35,286 nucleotides of DNA, taken from positions 1-35,286 of IMG/VR virus record IMGVR_UViG_3300048579_000441, one strand, 5' to 3'. The translations under genes were made by a program, and so were the position numbers. The notes below the pieces were generated by a model. It had not been told where the DNA came from. It worked only from the letters and a program-made list of their open reading frames with translations, and searched no databases. This document shows, piece after piece, positions 1 through 9,459 of this stretch (position 1 is the stretch's first letter; the number at the start of each line of letters is the position of its first letter). The DNA is from a virus. Its lineage: Duplodnaviria > Caudoviricetes.

Positions 1-567
1 TCAAGTGATGGGCACTACCGTGATTTCACCTAGTAGTGCCCCAATTTCCGCACCGGTAAGCCTGATCAGAACATCGTCGGAAAGACTTCTTTTGGCGAGT
101 AGTGCTTTGGCAAGCGTGTCAACATTCGACCAGTTTTCTTTCACGATTGCTTTGGTGTGGCGCTTAGCCACGATCTTCAATCGCTGTTTGATCTTCTGAT
201 CTCCCTGCACTGCAGAAAGCAGCTTGGTTAGTTCGGCCCGGTCATCTTCAAGATGCCATGACTTTACGGATTTGGCGTCGTACATGCGTTGCGCGCATTC
301 ACCGGCTAAAGTCACAACGATTGTGTGAAAGAGTGCCCATTGCGCGCGCTCATCGCGAAATCCGAAATGCTCAAGGTCCATTTCAAAACCATCGAATCCA
401 ATTTCCTGTCCCGCCTTATCGAGAGGATCACCCCATTCAGTGAATCCTCGGACGCCAGGCCCGATTTGGACCCAACGCAACTCTTGTCCAAGCGCAAGCA
501 CCGCAATCGCGTGTCCGGCCTCGTGATACGTTGTCGGGGTTATTCGCTTGTCGTCGTCCCTGCCCAT
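1..567 (-). CDS. Stand-alone peptidase M41 (FtsH protease domain)-like protein, copy 2
   Basis: YHEAGH zinc motif, LAGECAQ and ENW..V..LAKALL..RSLS C-terminal helices typical of the FtsH protease domain; no AAA+ or TM segment. Confidence 0.75.
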   Translation of the reverse strand: MGRDDDKRITPTTYHEAGHAIAVLALGQELRWVQIGPGVRGFTEWGDPLDKAGQEIGFDGFEMDLEHFGFRDERAQWALFHTIVVTLAGECAQRMYDAKSVKSWHLEDDRAELTKLLSAVQGDQKIKQRLKIVAKRHTKAIVKENWSNVDTLAKALLAKRSLSDDVLIRLTGAEIGALLGEITVVPIT

Positions 568-603
568 CAGCCTTCCCCTCCCGCTGCGCGCAGCATCCTA
601 CAA

Positions 604-633
604 GAAAAACCCGCCCCCGTTTCCGAGGGCGGG
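604..633 (-). terminator. Rho-independent terminator
   Basis: Minus strand CCCGCCC-TCGGAAACGG-GGGCGGG followed by TTTTT. Confidence 0.7.
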
Positions 634-691
634 CCAGCGTCCGACAAGACGAGCCATGTTGTCACCAGCAGCAATATCGGACGCTATCTCC

Positions 692-1174
692 CTAGATTAA
701 CGCCGCGACCTCATCGCCCGTCAATTCGATTTTCTCAAGCAGGGCGCGGGCTACCCTGTCCACCGCAGCCCAATTGTCTTTCAACAGCGCTTTACATTGT
801 CGGCGGACGGAACGCTCCAGCGGTCTGCGCTGCTGTACGTCCACGTTACGCATCAAGCCATGAAGGTCTTCGGCATCATCCCTAATCTGCCAATCCTTTA
901 TGGAATTGCGGTCATGGATGCGTTGCGCTTCCTCCCCCGCAACAATGACAACAGCGCCAGTGAATATGATGCTGTTGAACCGATCCTGCGGAATCTGATC
1001 GGTTGTTTGTCCTTCAAACTCGTACAGTGGATTTTCTCTCACGGTCCTTCCGTGCCTGCCGGGACCGATACAGACGCGGACAACCTTGATTCCCAACAAC
1101 GCCGCAGACACGGCGTGTCCGGCCTCGTGGTAGGCTACTTGAAGCTTAAACTTGTCATTCTGATCTGCGCCCAT
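692..1174 (-). CDS. Stand-alone peptidase M41-like protein, copy 1 (start moved to MGADQ)
   Basis: VAYHEAGH, VAGEEAQ, DNWAAVDRVARALLEKIELTGDEV; ATG overlaps the upstream stop (TGATG) after GGGGAGG. Confidence 0.75.
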   Translation of the reverse strand: MGADQNDKFKLQVAYHEAGHAVSAALLGIKVVRVCIGPGRHGRTVRENPLYEFEGQTTDQIPQDRFNSIIFTGAVVIVAGEEAQRIHDRNSIKDWQIRDDAEDLHGLMRNVDVQQRRPLERSVRRQCKALLKDNWAAVDRVARALLEKIELTGDEVAALI

Positions 1175-1587
1175 CACGGCACCTCCCCTTTCTGAAATGC
1201 TCGCCACGCATCCACGGCACGTCCGGTGTTGCCAGCGGCAGCCATCCATTTCTGGCGTTCGGAATCGCTGAGGCGGTTCCACCAGACTATTCCGAGTTCA
1301 TCATTGGTGTTGGCCCGCATTGCGCGATCAACGCTCAGGAAATACAGGACAGGATCGCGGACGGGCTCCCCGCTCTCCAAGGAGTCGTCCGCCAATTCTG
1401 GCAACTCGACTTCGTAGTCCGGATCACCATCGATGTGATCCATGACGTCGAGTATCTTCGCGACGGCCTCGGCGAGCTTCTCTCGCAGTGCCGCGACGTC
1501 AGAAGCGCCCGGCCGGGCACGGTCATTCGACCGGGCGCCGGGCCGGGTAACAGTAGACAGATTCATGGTAGTGATTGAATCGGGCAT
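1174..1587 (-). CDS. Hypothetical protein (start moved to MPDSITT)
   Basis: AGGAG RBS before ATG at 1587; translationally coupled to the M41 gene. Confidence 0.6.
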   Translation of the reverse strand: MPDSITTMNLSTVTRPGARSNDRARPGASDVAALREKLAEAVAKILDVMDHIDGDPDYEVELPELADDSLESGEPVRDPVLYFLSVDRAMRANTNDELGIVWWNRLSDSERQKWMAAAGNTGRAVDAWRAFQKGEVP

Positions 1588-1865
1588 GATCGCTTCTCCT
1601 AAAGCGTGAGTGCCAAGTCGTCCCCTTGGATGGGTGCGAACCATCCTTGGGGGCGCATTAACTCTGCCCCAGAATCGTCACGATCGCAACAGCCAAGTCT
1701 TTGAATTTGCTGGCTGAATTAAATTTCCGTTTTGGAATTAAAACTGCAAAATTTGCCAAAAAATTATTGGGGTTCTCTTTTCTTCTCAAAGAGATAGGCC
1801 ATTTTAGGATTATCATCCTTTATACGAACGATTCCTACTTAGGAAATAAAGCCAATAGCGCAGGC

Positions 1866-1896
1866 AAAATAAAAAGCCCCGCCGGAGCCGGGGGCT
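1866..1896 (-). terminator. Rho-independent terminator closing the structural operon
   Basis: Minus strand AGCCCCCGG-CT-CCGGCGGGGCT followed by TTTTATTTT. Confidence 0.75.
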
Positions 1897-1961
1897 GAAC
1901 CTAATTACGATGTAAGGGGCTTTTCCTGAAGCGCGATTCCAGAGACAGCGCGGGGCTATGC

Positions 1962-2246
1962 CTAGGCCGCCATCTCTTTTTCGTTCTCTGGAACGTTTAT
2001 TCTTAAATCCGGCGGGTCAAAAAGGGCTGCTGCCGCCTCTCTAAGGGAGGGCTCCGGCAGAAACCGGACGCCTAAAACCGTCCTGAAAAACCAGACACCG
2101 CGCCAATTCGCTTTCCCGTTGCAGGTCTCACGACGCTGCATAATGAACTGGATATCATCGCGGCACCGAATGATCCGCACCTTGCCAATTGGTCCGATCA
2201 CGACATGCGGATAATCGTCGGCGGATTCCTTGAGGCTAGTCCTCAT
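1962..2246 (-). CDS. Hypothetical phage protein
   Basis: ATG after AAGGAG RBS; last gene before the terminator. Confidence 0.6.
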   Translation of the reverse strand: MRTSLKESADDYPHVVIGPIGKVRIIRCRDDIQFIMQRRETCNGKANWRGVWFFRTVLGVRFLPEPSLREAAAALFDPPDLRINVPENEKEMAA

Positions 2247-2286
2247 TTATCTCCTTTTCTGTCTGGTGACGATAGCGGCGATATAA

Positions 2287-3141
2287 CTACGCCGCCTCGC
2301 AAATGAAGAGATTCGCGGCGGCCTTCCGATGGGCCTTGTAGCAATCGGGACCACAGAACTTCTGGTCTTCCCCGCGCTTGCCGGGACGGGGCTGAAAAAC
2401 ATCGCCGCATTCGATGCAGCGCCGTGGTGGATTGCTGATCCTGGCGGCATCTCGACATGGGATCGAACAGAACTTGCGGTTGGCACCACGCACACCGGGT
2501 TCTGGGGTAAAACTGTTGTTGCAATGCTGACAGGTGCGGGACTCGTGCTGTTCCGCCGCTCTGGAAGCATCGAAGCAGTTCGGAGAACAGAACCGTTGGT
2601 GCTTCTGATCCAGACGGGGATGGAAGGACTCGCCGCAATGCTCACACAGTTTTGGCGGAAACGCTTCGCTGCGTCGCTCCCGCCATGCGTAACGCTTCGC
2701 CAGATTCTCGGGCAGGCTTTGCCGCCTTCGGATGGATTCTCTTAGGCAAGAAAAAGAGCAATAGAGCGCGCTCCCCGCCTCACGGAATCGATCCAGCCCC
2801 GGCCCATAAAGACGAACGAATTCTTCTCCGCAGGTCGGGCATGTTTTTGGACCACTCGTAAGAAAGGGCTGCCCCTCCAAAAACTTCGGTCTTGTTCCCC
2901 AGCCAATTTTTGAAAGCGCCGCCAATGCCAGCCCGCGTGCAGCTTCATCAGCTTTTGCGAAGCTCCAGCCCTGTAGGCATCGGTTGCGCCGAACGGTCTC
3001 GACAAGCCAACCCTCCAAGCTGAACGGCGTCGGTTTCTTGCCGGTCAACATATTTGCGGCATGCTCGATTTCCGCCGGCGTATTGAGCTTCTGAGATTTT
3101 TTCTTGCGCGCGTTCTTCCGCGCTGAGATCGATATCGACAC
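2287..3141 (-). CDS. Protein with four CxxC...CxxxC zinc-ribbon (TRASH/MYM-like) repeats
   Basis: CPTC..YCSFSC, CEHC..FCSPNC, CQHC..FCSIPC, CIEC..FCGPDC; likely GTG start just after the upstream stop. Confidence 0.7.
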   Translation of the reverse strand: MSISISARKNARKKKSQKLNTPAEIEHAANMLTGKKPTPFSLEGWLVETVRRNRCLQGWSFAKADEAARGLALAALSKIGWGTRPKFLEGQPFLTSGPKTCPTCGEEFVRLYGPGLDRFREAGSALYCSFSCLRESIRRRQSLPENLAKRYAWRERRSEAFPPKLCEHCGESFHPRLDQKHQRFCSPNCFDASRAAEQHESRTCQHCNNSFTPEPGVRGANRKFCSIPCRDAARISNPPRRCIECGDVFQPRPGKRGEDQKFCGPDCYKAHRKAAANLFICEAA

Positions 3142-3142
3142 T

Positions 3143-3397
3143 TCAATGAATCGTAGTGCTTTCTTCAAAACAATGCACGGCGACTTCCTCAAACTTGAGC
3201 CGTAGTTTCTTCATGGCAAGAGCGTTAAGGGCATCGGCAACGTGCTCGGGCAATCCTTCAGGTGGCTCGGCCTCGGCACGGAATCGTTCCACGATTTCAT
3301 CGCCATCGACACCAGCATGCCGAAGCTTGAGGGCGATGGGCGTGAAGATTTCGACCAGATTATCTAGCGCGGCATCTACATCAGCGGGGATCAGCAT
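3143..3397 (-). CDS. Hypothetical protein (start moved to MLIPAD)
   Basis: ATG overlaps the stop region of the upstream gene; acidic and helical. Confidence 0.55.
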   Translation of the reverse strand: MLIPADVDAALDNLVEIFTPIALKLRHAGVDGDEIVERFRAEAEPPEGLPEHVADALNALAMKKLRLKFEEVAVHCFEESTTIH

Positions 3398-4077
3398 GCA
3401 TCGGCCTGTACCGGATTGATGTGGAACCCCACGGCATCGGGCCAGTGCTTCGCTATCTTGGTTGTAATACACTCTTTCGTAAGATAAGTTTCCTGTATGA
3501 AGCCGCCAACACTGAATACGGCACCACGTTCGGGACCATTGGCAGACTCCAACTTCTGAAGCCTTTGCTGCTCCATAATTTCGCGCAGATATTGAAGCCC
3601 GTTACCATTGGCCCTTTCCCTTGCGATTGCATCGGCTTCATCGGTAATGGAGGGCATATAGGTCAACGGATGAAGGGGGTGAACGACAAACCATTCATCC
3701 TCCGGCAGCGACCCGCCCACTCCTATTGAATAACTCTCCCATCTGTTGCGGGCGTCGGACCATCCCGCCACCGCGATCATCACTGCCGTGCCGGCACCAG
3801 GCCAATACGACAACGCCTGCGTGGCTGCATATTCCAGATCGCGCGGCAACACCTCCAGCATGTAATCAAAGCTTGCCCATTCCGGGCCATGATTTAGGAC
3901 GAGCAGGCTGAATACATTTACCGAACCAACATAGCAGACGACTGTAGATATGTGCGGCATCGGCCAAATCTTAGACAACAGAGACGATAACTTGTAGTCG
4001 TCGCTCTTGGTGCATAGCGCCCCATCTGTAAGAATGACAACGCCGTCAGTTTGACGGTTTATTACGAACGCGCTCAT
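3391..4077 (-). CDS. Putative Ntn-hydrolase (proteasome-beta/HslV-like fold) protein
   Basis: After moving the start to the ATGA overlap with TMP, the N-terminus is M-SAFVINRQTDGVVILTDG...SKI, resembling T-T-x-x-G...GVVLAAD...K of proteasome beta subunits. Confidence 0.5.
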   Translation of the reverse strand: MSAFVINRQTDGVVILTDGALCTKSDDYKLSSLLSKIWPMPHISTVVCYVGSVNVFSLLVLNHGPEWASFDYMLEVLPRDLEYAATQALSYWPGAGTAVMIAVAGWSDARNRWESYSIGVGGSLPEDEWFVVHPLHPLTYMPSITDEADAIARERANGNGLQYLREIMEQQRLQKLESANGPERGAVFSVGGFIQETYLTKECITTKIAKHWPDAVGFHINPVQADAC

Positions 4078-6203
4078 TGCAGCATCTCCCCCTTGCCCCC
4101 GATATGTCCCACAAAACAAGTTTCTGACATGGCCGTCATTCCGGCCAATCCACCCCTTGCAAATGCGGCAGGCACCAATGCCGACAAGTTAATTCCGCTA
4201 TTTATAGCTTCAAGTAATCCGAGATGCTTCTTTGTTGCAGCGGCATTGACCACAAACTCGCCATTTGACAGCCGGGCCAGAATTGAATCGGCGCGCGGGC
4301 CGCCCGGGCCGCTGATCTTACCGCCCTCCGCCATCGCCTTGATAGCGCTAACGCTACCGGCGCGGCCGATGCTGGTGACGAGTCCTCCGTTTTTGAAGAA
4401 GGTCGGGACGGCCATTGAGCCAGCGCTGCCAACAACACCAATTGCCGGAGCACCACCAACACTGGCGCCGCCTGATCCAAACAAGGAGTTCAGTCCGCCT
4501 GAAAGTGCCTTCTGAAGCGGATTAAGTGCGGCATCCAAGGTAAGATCAAGCAGCCTGTCCGCAAGACGCTTCAGGGCGTTGGCCAAAGCTTCCGTCTTAT
4601 CCTTCCCCTGCACAAGATCGGTAATAAATCCCTTCATCGAATCGGTTGCAGCGCTTGCCGACGATTTGAAGAGTTCCTGTCTTTCCTTCGCGGCTTCAAT
4701 CGCGGTGGACAATCCCGCATATTGTGTCGCAAGGGATTCCAGTTCGGCCCGCTGCGTCGGTGATAGATCGACCGCACGTCGATTGGCCTGGTTCAAGGCA
4801 TCGGTCATGAACCTCAGCTTTTCGGCCTCGAACAAAGTGAGAGTAAGAGCCTTCTGTTCCGCGGCGAGACTGGCGACTCGTGCCTCCGCTGAGGCGCGCA
4901 GCTTCGTATAGGACTCAACGGCCTTATCCGCCGTCTCCTTATCTCCCGTGACTGGGAAATCAGATAGCTTCACCTTTTTCGGAGCAAAGGCGGCAAACGA
5001 TTCATCGATCCTCTTGTTTGGTGTCGCCGCCGCCCCACCGGGCACGACCTCATTCGCGGCCTGCATGGATTGCCGCAACAGATCAATGGCAGCGGCGCGT
5101 TGCTTGATCCCATCCGTAAGCGCGGCCTGATCCCGTGCCTTCGAGGCGTCGAATAGGAACCGGTACAGGTTTTCGAAACTTGGGTCGTTAACAACGTTGC
5201 GTGCCGCCGCCGCAATATCGTTGATGGCTTTTGTCGTGCCGGATTCACCGCCCTGCTTGGCAAGATAGGTGAAGGCGTCACCAAGACGATTGACGACGAA
5301 TGCCAAGCCCTCCAGAGCCGATGCGGCAGTTGTGCTGACACCGGCGGTCTCGTTGATGCGGCGAGCGGCATCGATGGCCGCATTATTCAATCTCGTGAAG
5401 CCCTGCGAAACCGTCAGTTGCGCATTGGCAACCCTGTCTTGGAGGATCACGGCTCCAGCTTGAAATGCATTAAAGAACGCTTTCGACGAGACGCGGCCAT
5501 CCACGACCAATTGCCTTAGTCGGGCAACACTGCCGCCGGCATCATCCAGTCCGGCGGCAGCGGCCTGAACTATGGGTAAGGCGCCCTCCATCAAAGAATT
5601 TAGCTCCTCGCTTCGCACCACAGAGGAACCAAGTGCCTGTGACAACTGCAGGAGGGCACCACTCGCCTCTTGCGCACTCTTGCCACTGACCTGAAGCGCG
5701 GTGGCGACATTTCCGGTGAACTTGAGCAACTCCTGTGTCGAGACGCCCAATTCCTTTTGAACCAAAGATGCACGGCCGAATAGCGTAACCAGACTCTCTA
5801 CCGGAGTAGCTGTTCTCTGCGCGCTGGCGTATAGCGATTTGTAAACGGAATCGAGTTCGCGACCGCTGAGGCCAGCAACCTTCAAGGCGTTGTCGATCCT
5901 AGTAGTCGCATCAATTAGTTTCTGCGCGCCGGCCGCACCGAGTCCGATGCCGGCGCCAGCGGCAAGAGACCGAAGACCGCCGCCGAGAGTCGCCAGCGAT
6001 CCCGACATTTTCGCAAAACTAAACGTGTTTAACTTGCCGAGTTCAGTAACCGTCAGCCGGGCTTGGTTTCTGACATTGCCGAGATTGCGGGAAACATCAC
6101 GATCAAATTTCCCGGTCTTTGCCATCGCAGCGGCGAGCTTCGCATCGAAACCAACGCCTAAGAGTTCAAGATCGACTACAAGCGAACCAACTGTCTGCGT
6201 CAT
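4074..6203 (-). CDS. Phage tail tape-measure protein
   Basis: VGSLVVDL N-terminus; tape-measure domain ASGALLQLSQALGSSVVRSEELNSLME; Ala-rich coiled coil; C-terminal GPGGPRADSILARLSNGEFVVNAAAT. Confidence 0.9.
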   Translation of the reverse strand: MTQTVGSLVVDLELLGVGFDAKLAAAMAKTGKFDRDVSRNLGNVRNQARLTVTELGKLNTFSFAKMSGSLATLGGGLRSLAAGAGIGLGAAGAQKLIDATTRIDNALKVAGLSGRELDSVYKSLYASAQRTATPVESLVTLFGRASLVQKELGVSTQELLKFTGNVATALQVSGKSAQEASGALLQLSQALGSSVVRSEELNSLMEGALPIVQAAAAGLDDAGGSVARLRQLVVDGRVSSKAFFNAFQAGAVILQDRVANAQLTVSQGFTRLNNAAIDAARRINETAGVSTTAASALEGLAFVVNRLGDAFTYLAKQGGESGTTKAINDIAAAARNVVNDPSFENLYRFLFDASKARDQAALTDGIKQRAAAIDLLRQSMQAANEVVPGGAAATPNKRIDESFAAFAPKKVKLSDFPVTGDKETADKAVESYTKLRASAEARVASLAAEQKALTLTLFEAEKLRFMTDALNQANRRAVDLSPTQRAELESLATQYAGLSTAIEAAKERQELFKSSASAATDSMKGFITDLVQGKDKTEALANALKRLADRLLDLTLDAALNPLQKALSGGLNSLFGSGGASVGGAPAIGVVGSAGSMAVPTFFKNGGLVTSIGRAGSVSAIKAMAEGGKISGPGGPRADSILARLSNGEFVVNAAATKKHLGLLEAINSGINLSALVPAAFARGGLAGMTAMSETCFVGHIGGKGEMLQ

Positions 6204-6207
6204 TATT

Positions 6208-7851
6208 CTAGCCCCACAAATTGATTATGTAATTATTGGGATCGAAGCTGTCCGATGACAGCGCGGAAACCTGATCTGAAGCCGCGGCACGGCTGACCGC
6301 CATCCACAATCCGGAAATTAAATCGACGCGATCTTTCGACTTGCCTTTATGAATCGTCCGGTTGTTATTGCTATCGGTATGGATGGCAACATTCCCCATG
6401 CACCATTTCATCACGGGGTTATCCCAAACCAGATTCTTACCGACGATGGCCCGCTCCAGCACGTTCAAAGCCGGGGATTGCGTCACCCAACCCTGGCGCA
6501 TGGTCGCGGTGGGGAAACCATCATCCGTTAACGGCCCCATGATCTGGTTGGCGTAAGCGGGATCAAAAGCAATTTCCTGAACTTCGAACTTCTCGCAAAG
6601 TCCCCTGATATGCTTCTCAACGGCGCGGTAATCGATGACATTCCCATCCGTTGCGATGATCCAGCCCTCTTTGGCCCAACGTGGATACGGGACACCATCA
6701 CGATCGGCGCGCGCCTGCAGGTTATCTTCGGGAACGAAGCCCCATGATTTCGCAACGAACTTGTCGTCATCACGGAACACCGCAACTACGGCGGTAATAT
6801 CCTGTGTCGTGCTGCAATCTACGCCGATCCAGCATGGTTGCTTTTCGTAGTCCTGCAGGTCGATCGGAACCGGATTGCCGCCTTCGTCACGGAGTCGGCA
6901 TTCCTCAAATATCTCGATATCGACAAACGGACTGGTCGAATGCTCCTGTCGGATTCCTAAATGGAATTGCTGGAAGGCTTCCCTGTCACCAGGACGTTCC
7001 TTCGCCTCGCGTGCTAACTGGCGCAATCCTGCAATATCGGGGTATCCATATTGCAAGCCGGGATTGACGGCAGCCCAGATATCCTCGTCCAGCCAGTCGC
7101 AATCCTTCGGCGCCTCGAAGATGATGGGAAGAAATCCGGGATCATCGATTTCACCGGACTCAACTTTCTTTGCATACTCATAGATGGGATAGTCCGGCGT
7201 ATCGGTGCCACGTCCCGCCGTTGTCGTGATCACCAAAAGGCTGCCCGGAACCTTTGTCAGACCGGTACGGATCGAATGCCATAGATCAGCTTTCTTGTGC
7301 GCCCACAACTCATCGACAAGCGCGAAAAATGGAGTCCGGCCGTACTGTGTGGCGGCATCGGCCGATATGGCTTCGTAAACGCTACGGCTTCCGGGATGAT
7401 TGATCCGGTTCTTGAAGTCTTGAGGGTGACAGGCACTCTGCAACTTCGGTGTGGCGGATATGATCCCCAAGCACTCCTCAAAGGCAAGGCGGGCCTGTTT
7501 GCGGTCTGCGGCAGCGGATATGATTTGGCCGCCAGTGATGCGATGCGGTTCAAAAAATGTATGGAGCAAGCACAGAATGGCTCCTAGCGAGGTCTTACGA
7601 TTGCCGCGGCCGATCTGGGCGTAAACGACACGGCACAACCGGTTGCCGTGCTCATCCGAGGGTCCGTAAATCTTTTGCAGGATTCGTTCGTGCCATGGAT
7701 CAAGCACAAGCGCCTTATTCTTGGCTTTGCTTTTCGGATGCCGCATCAGGCTAACCGCCTTCAACGCGGCAGCGGCCCTCCCCTGCGGATCCGGAATCCG
7801 TGTCCTGTTAAAGACCCACGCCGGCCCAATCGTCTTCTTTTTCTTCTTCAC
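6208..7851 (-). CDS. terL: Terminase large subunit (HK97-like, cos type)
   Basis: LDPWH adenine-binding region, GRGNRKT Walker A, LVDELW Walker B, ITTAG coupling motif, GVDCSTTQD and RVDLISG nuclease motifs. Confidence 0.95.
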   Translation of the reverse strand: MKKKKKTIGPAWVFNRTRIPDPQGRAAAALKAVSLMRHPKSKAKNKALVLDPWHERILQKIYGPSDEHGNRLCRVVYAQIGRGNRKTSLGAILCLLHTFFEPHRITGGQIISAAADRKQARLAFEECLGIISATPKLQSACHPQDFKNRINHPGSRSVYEAISADAATQYGRTPFFALVDELWAHKKADLWHSIRTGLTKVPGSLLVITTTAGRGTDTPDYPIYEYAKKVESGEIDDPGFLPIIFEAPKDCDWLDEDIWAAVNPGLQYGYPDIAGLRQLAREAKERPGDREAFQQFHLGIRQEHSTSPFVDIEIFEECRLRDEGGNPVPIDLQDYEKQPCWIGVDCSTTQDITAVVAVFRDDDKFVAKSWGFVPEDNLQARADRDGVPYPRWAKEGWIIATDGNVIDYRAVEKHIRGLCEKFEVQEIAFDPAYANQIMGPLTDDGFPTATMRQGWVTQSPALNVLERAIVGKNLVWDNPVMKWCMGNVAIHTDSNNNRTIHKGKSKDRVDLISGLWMAVSRAAASDQVSALSSDSFDPNNYIINLWG

Positions 7852-8221
7852 TTATGGGCTTCAGTTGCTTGCGGCTTCTACTTGCTGCGGTTAATCCGAA
7901 CTCTGCGGAAAGCCGTGCAATCAGCTCTTGGTTCTTGGTCATGATCCCCTGAGCGGGATGCGGTTTCGGCTGACCCAGCTTCGTGCGGACAAAGGCACCA
8001 TCCTTTTTAATGGCCTTCACGCATTCGTCACGGGTCCACATCGCCAACACGAGGGTTTCAATCGTTGGCAGCATTCCCTCGACCAAATGACCGCGGTCAC
8101 AGATATCCGCTACGATCTTGCGCCAATGTTTCTGTGCCTCCTTGGGCAACGTAGACGGCGGTGCCGGCGCCTTGTTCAACGTCCCCTCGAAGGCCTTGAT
8201 CTCGGCTCGGCGCCCTCTCAT
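7808..8221 (-). CDS. terS: Terminase small subunit, P27 family
   Basis: MRGR N-terminus, PP..L...A...W, KPHPA and FGLTAASR motifs. Confidence 0.92.
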   Translation of the reverse strand: MRGRRAEIKAFEGTLNKAPAPPSTLPKEAQKHWRKIVADICDRGHLVEGMLPTIETLVLAMWTRDECVKAIKKDGAFVRTKLGQPKPHPAQGIMTKNQELIARLSAEFGLTAASRSRKQLKPISEEEKEDDWAGVGL

Positions 8222-8682
8222 CGGACCTTCTTTGCAAGTCGTGCGGCACGGCGTTCAATCGCAGGACCCAGATATTTTCCGACCCGCGCAATAACCTCTT
8301 TCTTCGTGGCCTCGAATGCCTGACGCATGAAGGGATTAGCGCGAGTACCAGGATGCTGCGCGCCACCCTTCAAAGGATGCGGTGACACACCGAATTCTAT
8401 CAGGTGCGCGTACCTGATCGGTCTCCGTCCCGCTACACCGCGGTAGTCGGATCGGACGCCGACCTTGAACTTCGGGGCAAGCGGCGTGCTGTTCGCATCA
8501 TCACGGCGGATGGCCAGCGCTTTCTTCAAGTCACCATCATCGACGGGTGCATTTCTGCGGGCTTCCGCAAGTGTCACTCGCAGGGACTCGCGGCCGGCCT
8601 GGTTGAGCGGTACGGCCAAGTGGCGTTTCAGATCATTGAAGCTGCGGCGCAGCTCCGCAGTACCTCGCACGAATTTGGCCAT
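8218..8682 (-). CDS. HK97 gp10-family neck/tail-completion protein
   Basis: ARRNAPVDDGDL, YAHLIEFG, HPGTRANPFMRQAF motifs. Confidence 0.9.
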   Translation of the reverse strand: MAKFVRGTAELRRSFNDLKRHLAVPLNQAGRESLRVTLAEARRNAPVDDGDLKKALAIRRDDANSTPLAPKFKVGVRSDYRGVAGRRPIRYAHLIEFGVSPHPLKGGAQHPGTRANPFMRQAFEATKKEVIARVGKYLGPAIERRAARLAKKVR

Positions 8683-8683
8683 A

Positions 8684-9280
8684 TCAAACCCAAACGCGCC
8701 AATGGTCTAAGGATTGCAGTCCCGGCATCGCGGCAATGGGCAACATTCTCTCTTCGGCCCTGACAACACCATCACGCACGCTGGTACGCGCACCGATCAT
8801 TTCGAGGATGGCGTTCTTCAGCGAGCCGGGAATGGTGGTGGCATCATCACCGAAGCCGCAGCGAAACCTGACCTCGATACTGTCGCGGGCGGGATAAACC
8901 GTTGGCCATGTCTTGCCGATGGCAGGATAGATTTCCGCTTTCGCGTTGCCGCCGATTCCACTGACGCGATATTCAGACGAGGCGAGATGGACCCAATCAC
9001 CATCCGCGTTCATATGCTTGAGGCAGGTTACTGCTTGCAGCGGCGGTAGTGGCAACTCAATCACGCTCGGGAAGCTATCCAAGAACAGTGACCATCTCTG
9101 CGTGATCAATGCGCGACCCAAGTGGCCGTCCCATCCGTCCAGCTCGTTTACGCAACCGTCTGCGACCCGCTGCAAATCCGTATCCTGCGCGGTGTTCGCT
9201 TGCCGAATCTTCAGGTGGTTTTTGACCTCTGCCAGCGTAACCGCCGGATTTACTGGAGCCTGAATTCTCACAAGTTTCAT
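8684..9280 (-). CDS. Head-tail connector protein (phiE125 gp8 / gp6-like; start moved to MKLVRI)
   Basis: PAVTLAEVKNHLKI, LGRALITQRW, LPLPPLQAV, VRFRCGFG, IPGSLKNAIL motifs. Confidence 0.88.
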   Translation of the reverse strand: MKLVRIQAPVNPAVTLAEVKNHLKIRQANTAQDTDLQRVADGCVNELDGWDGHLGRALITQRWSLFLDSFPSVIELPLPPLQAVTCLKHMNADGDWVHLASSEYRVSGIGGNAKAEIYPAIGKTWPTVYPARDSIEVRFRCGFGDDATTIPGSLKNAILEMIGARTSVRDGVVRAEERMLPIAAMPGLQSLDHWRVWV

Positions 9281-9294
9281 CTTAGGAATATATC

Positions 9295-9410
9295 CCAATT
9301 CTGGGGGAGGAATTCGATCCGATAGCGCGTTGTGGGTCCCGGTGCGGTTCCTTGCGATTCGCAAACATTTTCACCACCCCCGGAGTCGCCACACACTCGA
9401 AAATTTTTCG
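9295..9410 (-). other. Candidate cos packaging site
   Basis: Non-coding gap downstream of HNH with GGGGGTGGTGAAAATGTTT...GGAACCGCACCGGGACCC pattern resembling the post-HNH cos regions of HK97-like phages. Confidence 0.5.
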
Positions 9411-9459
9411 ATCAGGTCGTCACGAAGATCGACGAAATAACAAGTGATGCAGTAAGTCA

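Noticed and set aside
1701-1898. 65-aa + strand ORF
   Set aside because: AT-rich promoter/terminator region, TTG start, no RBS
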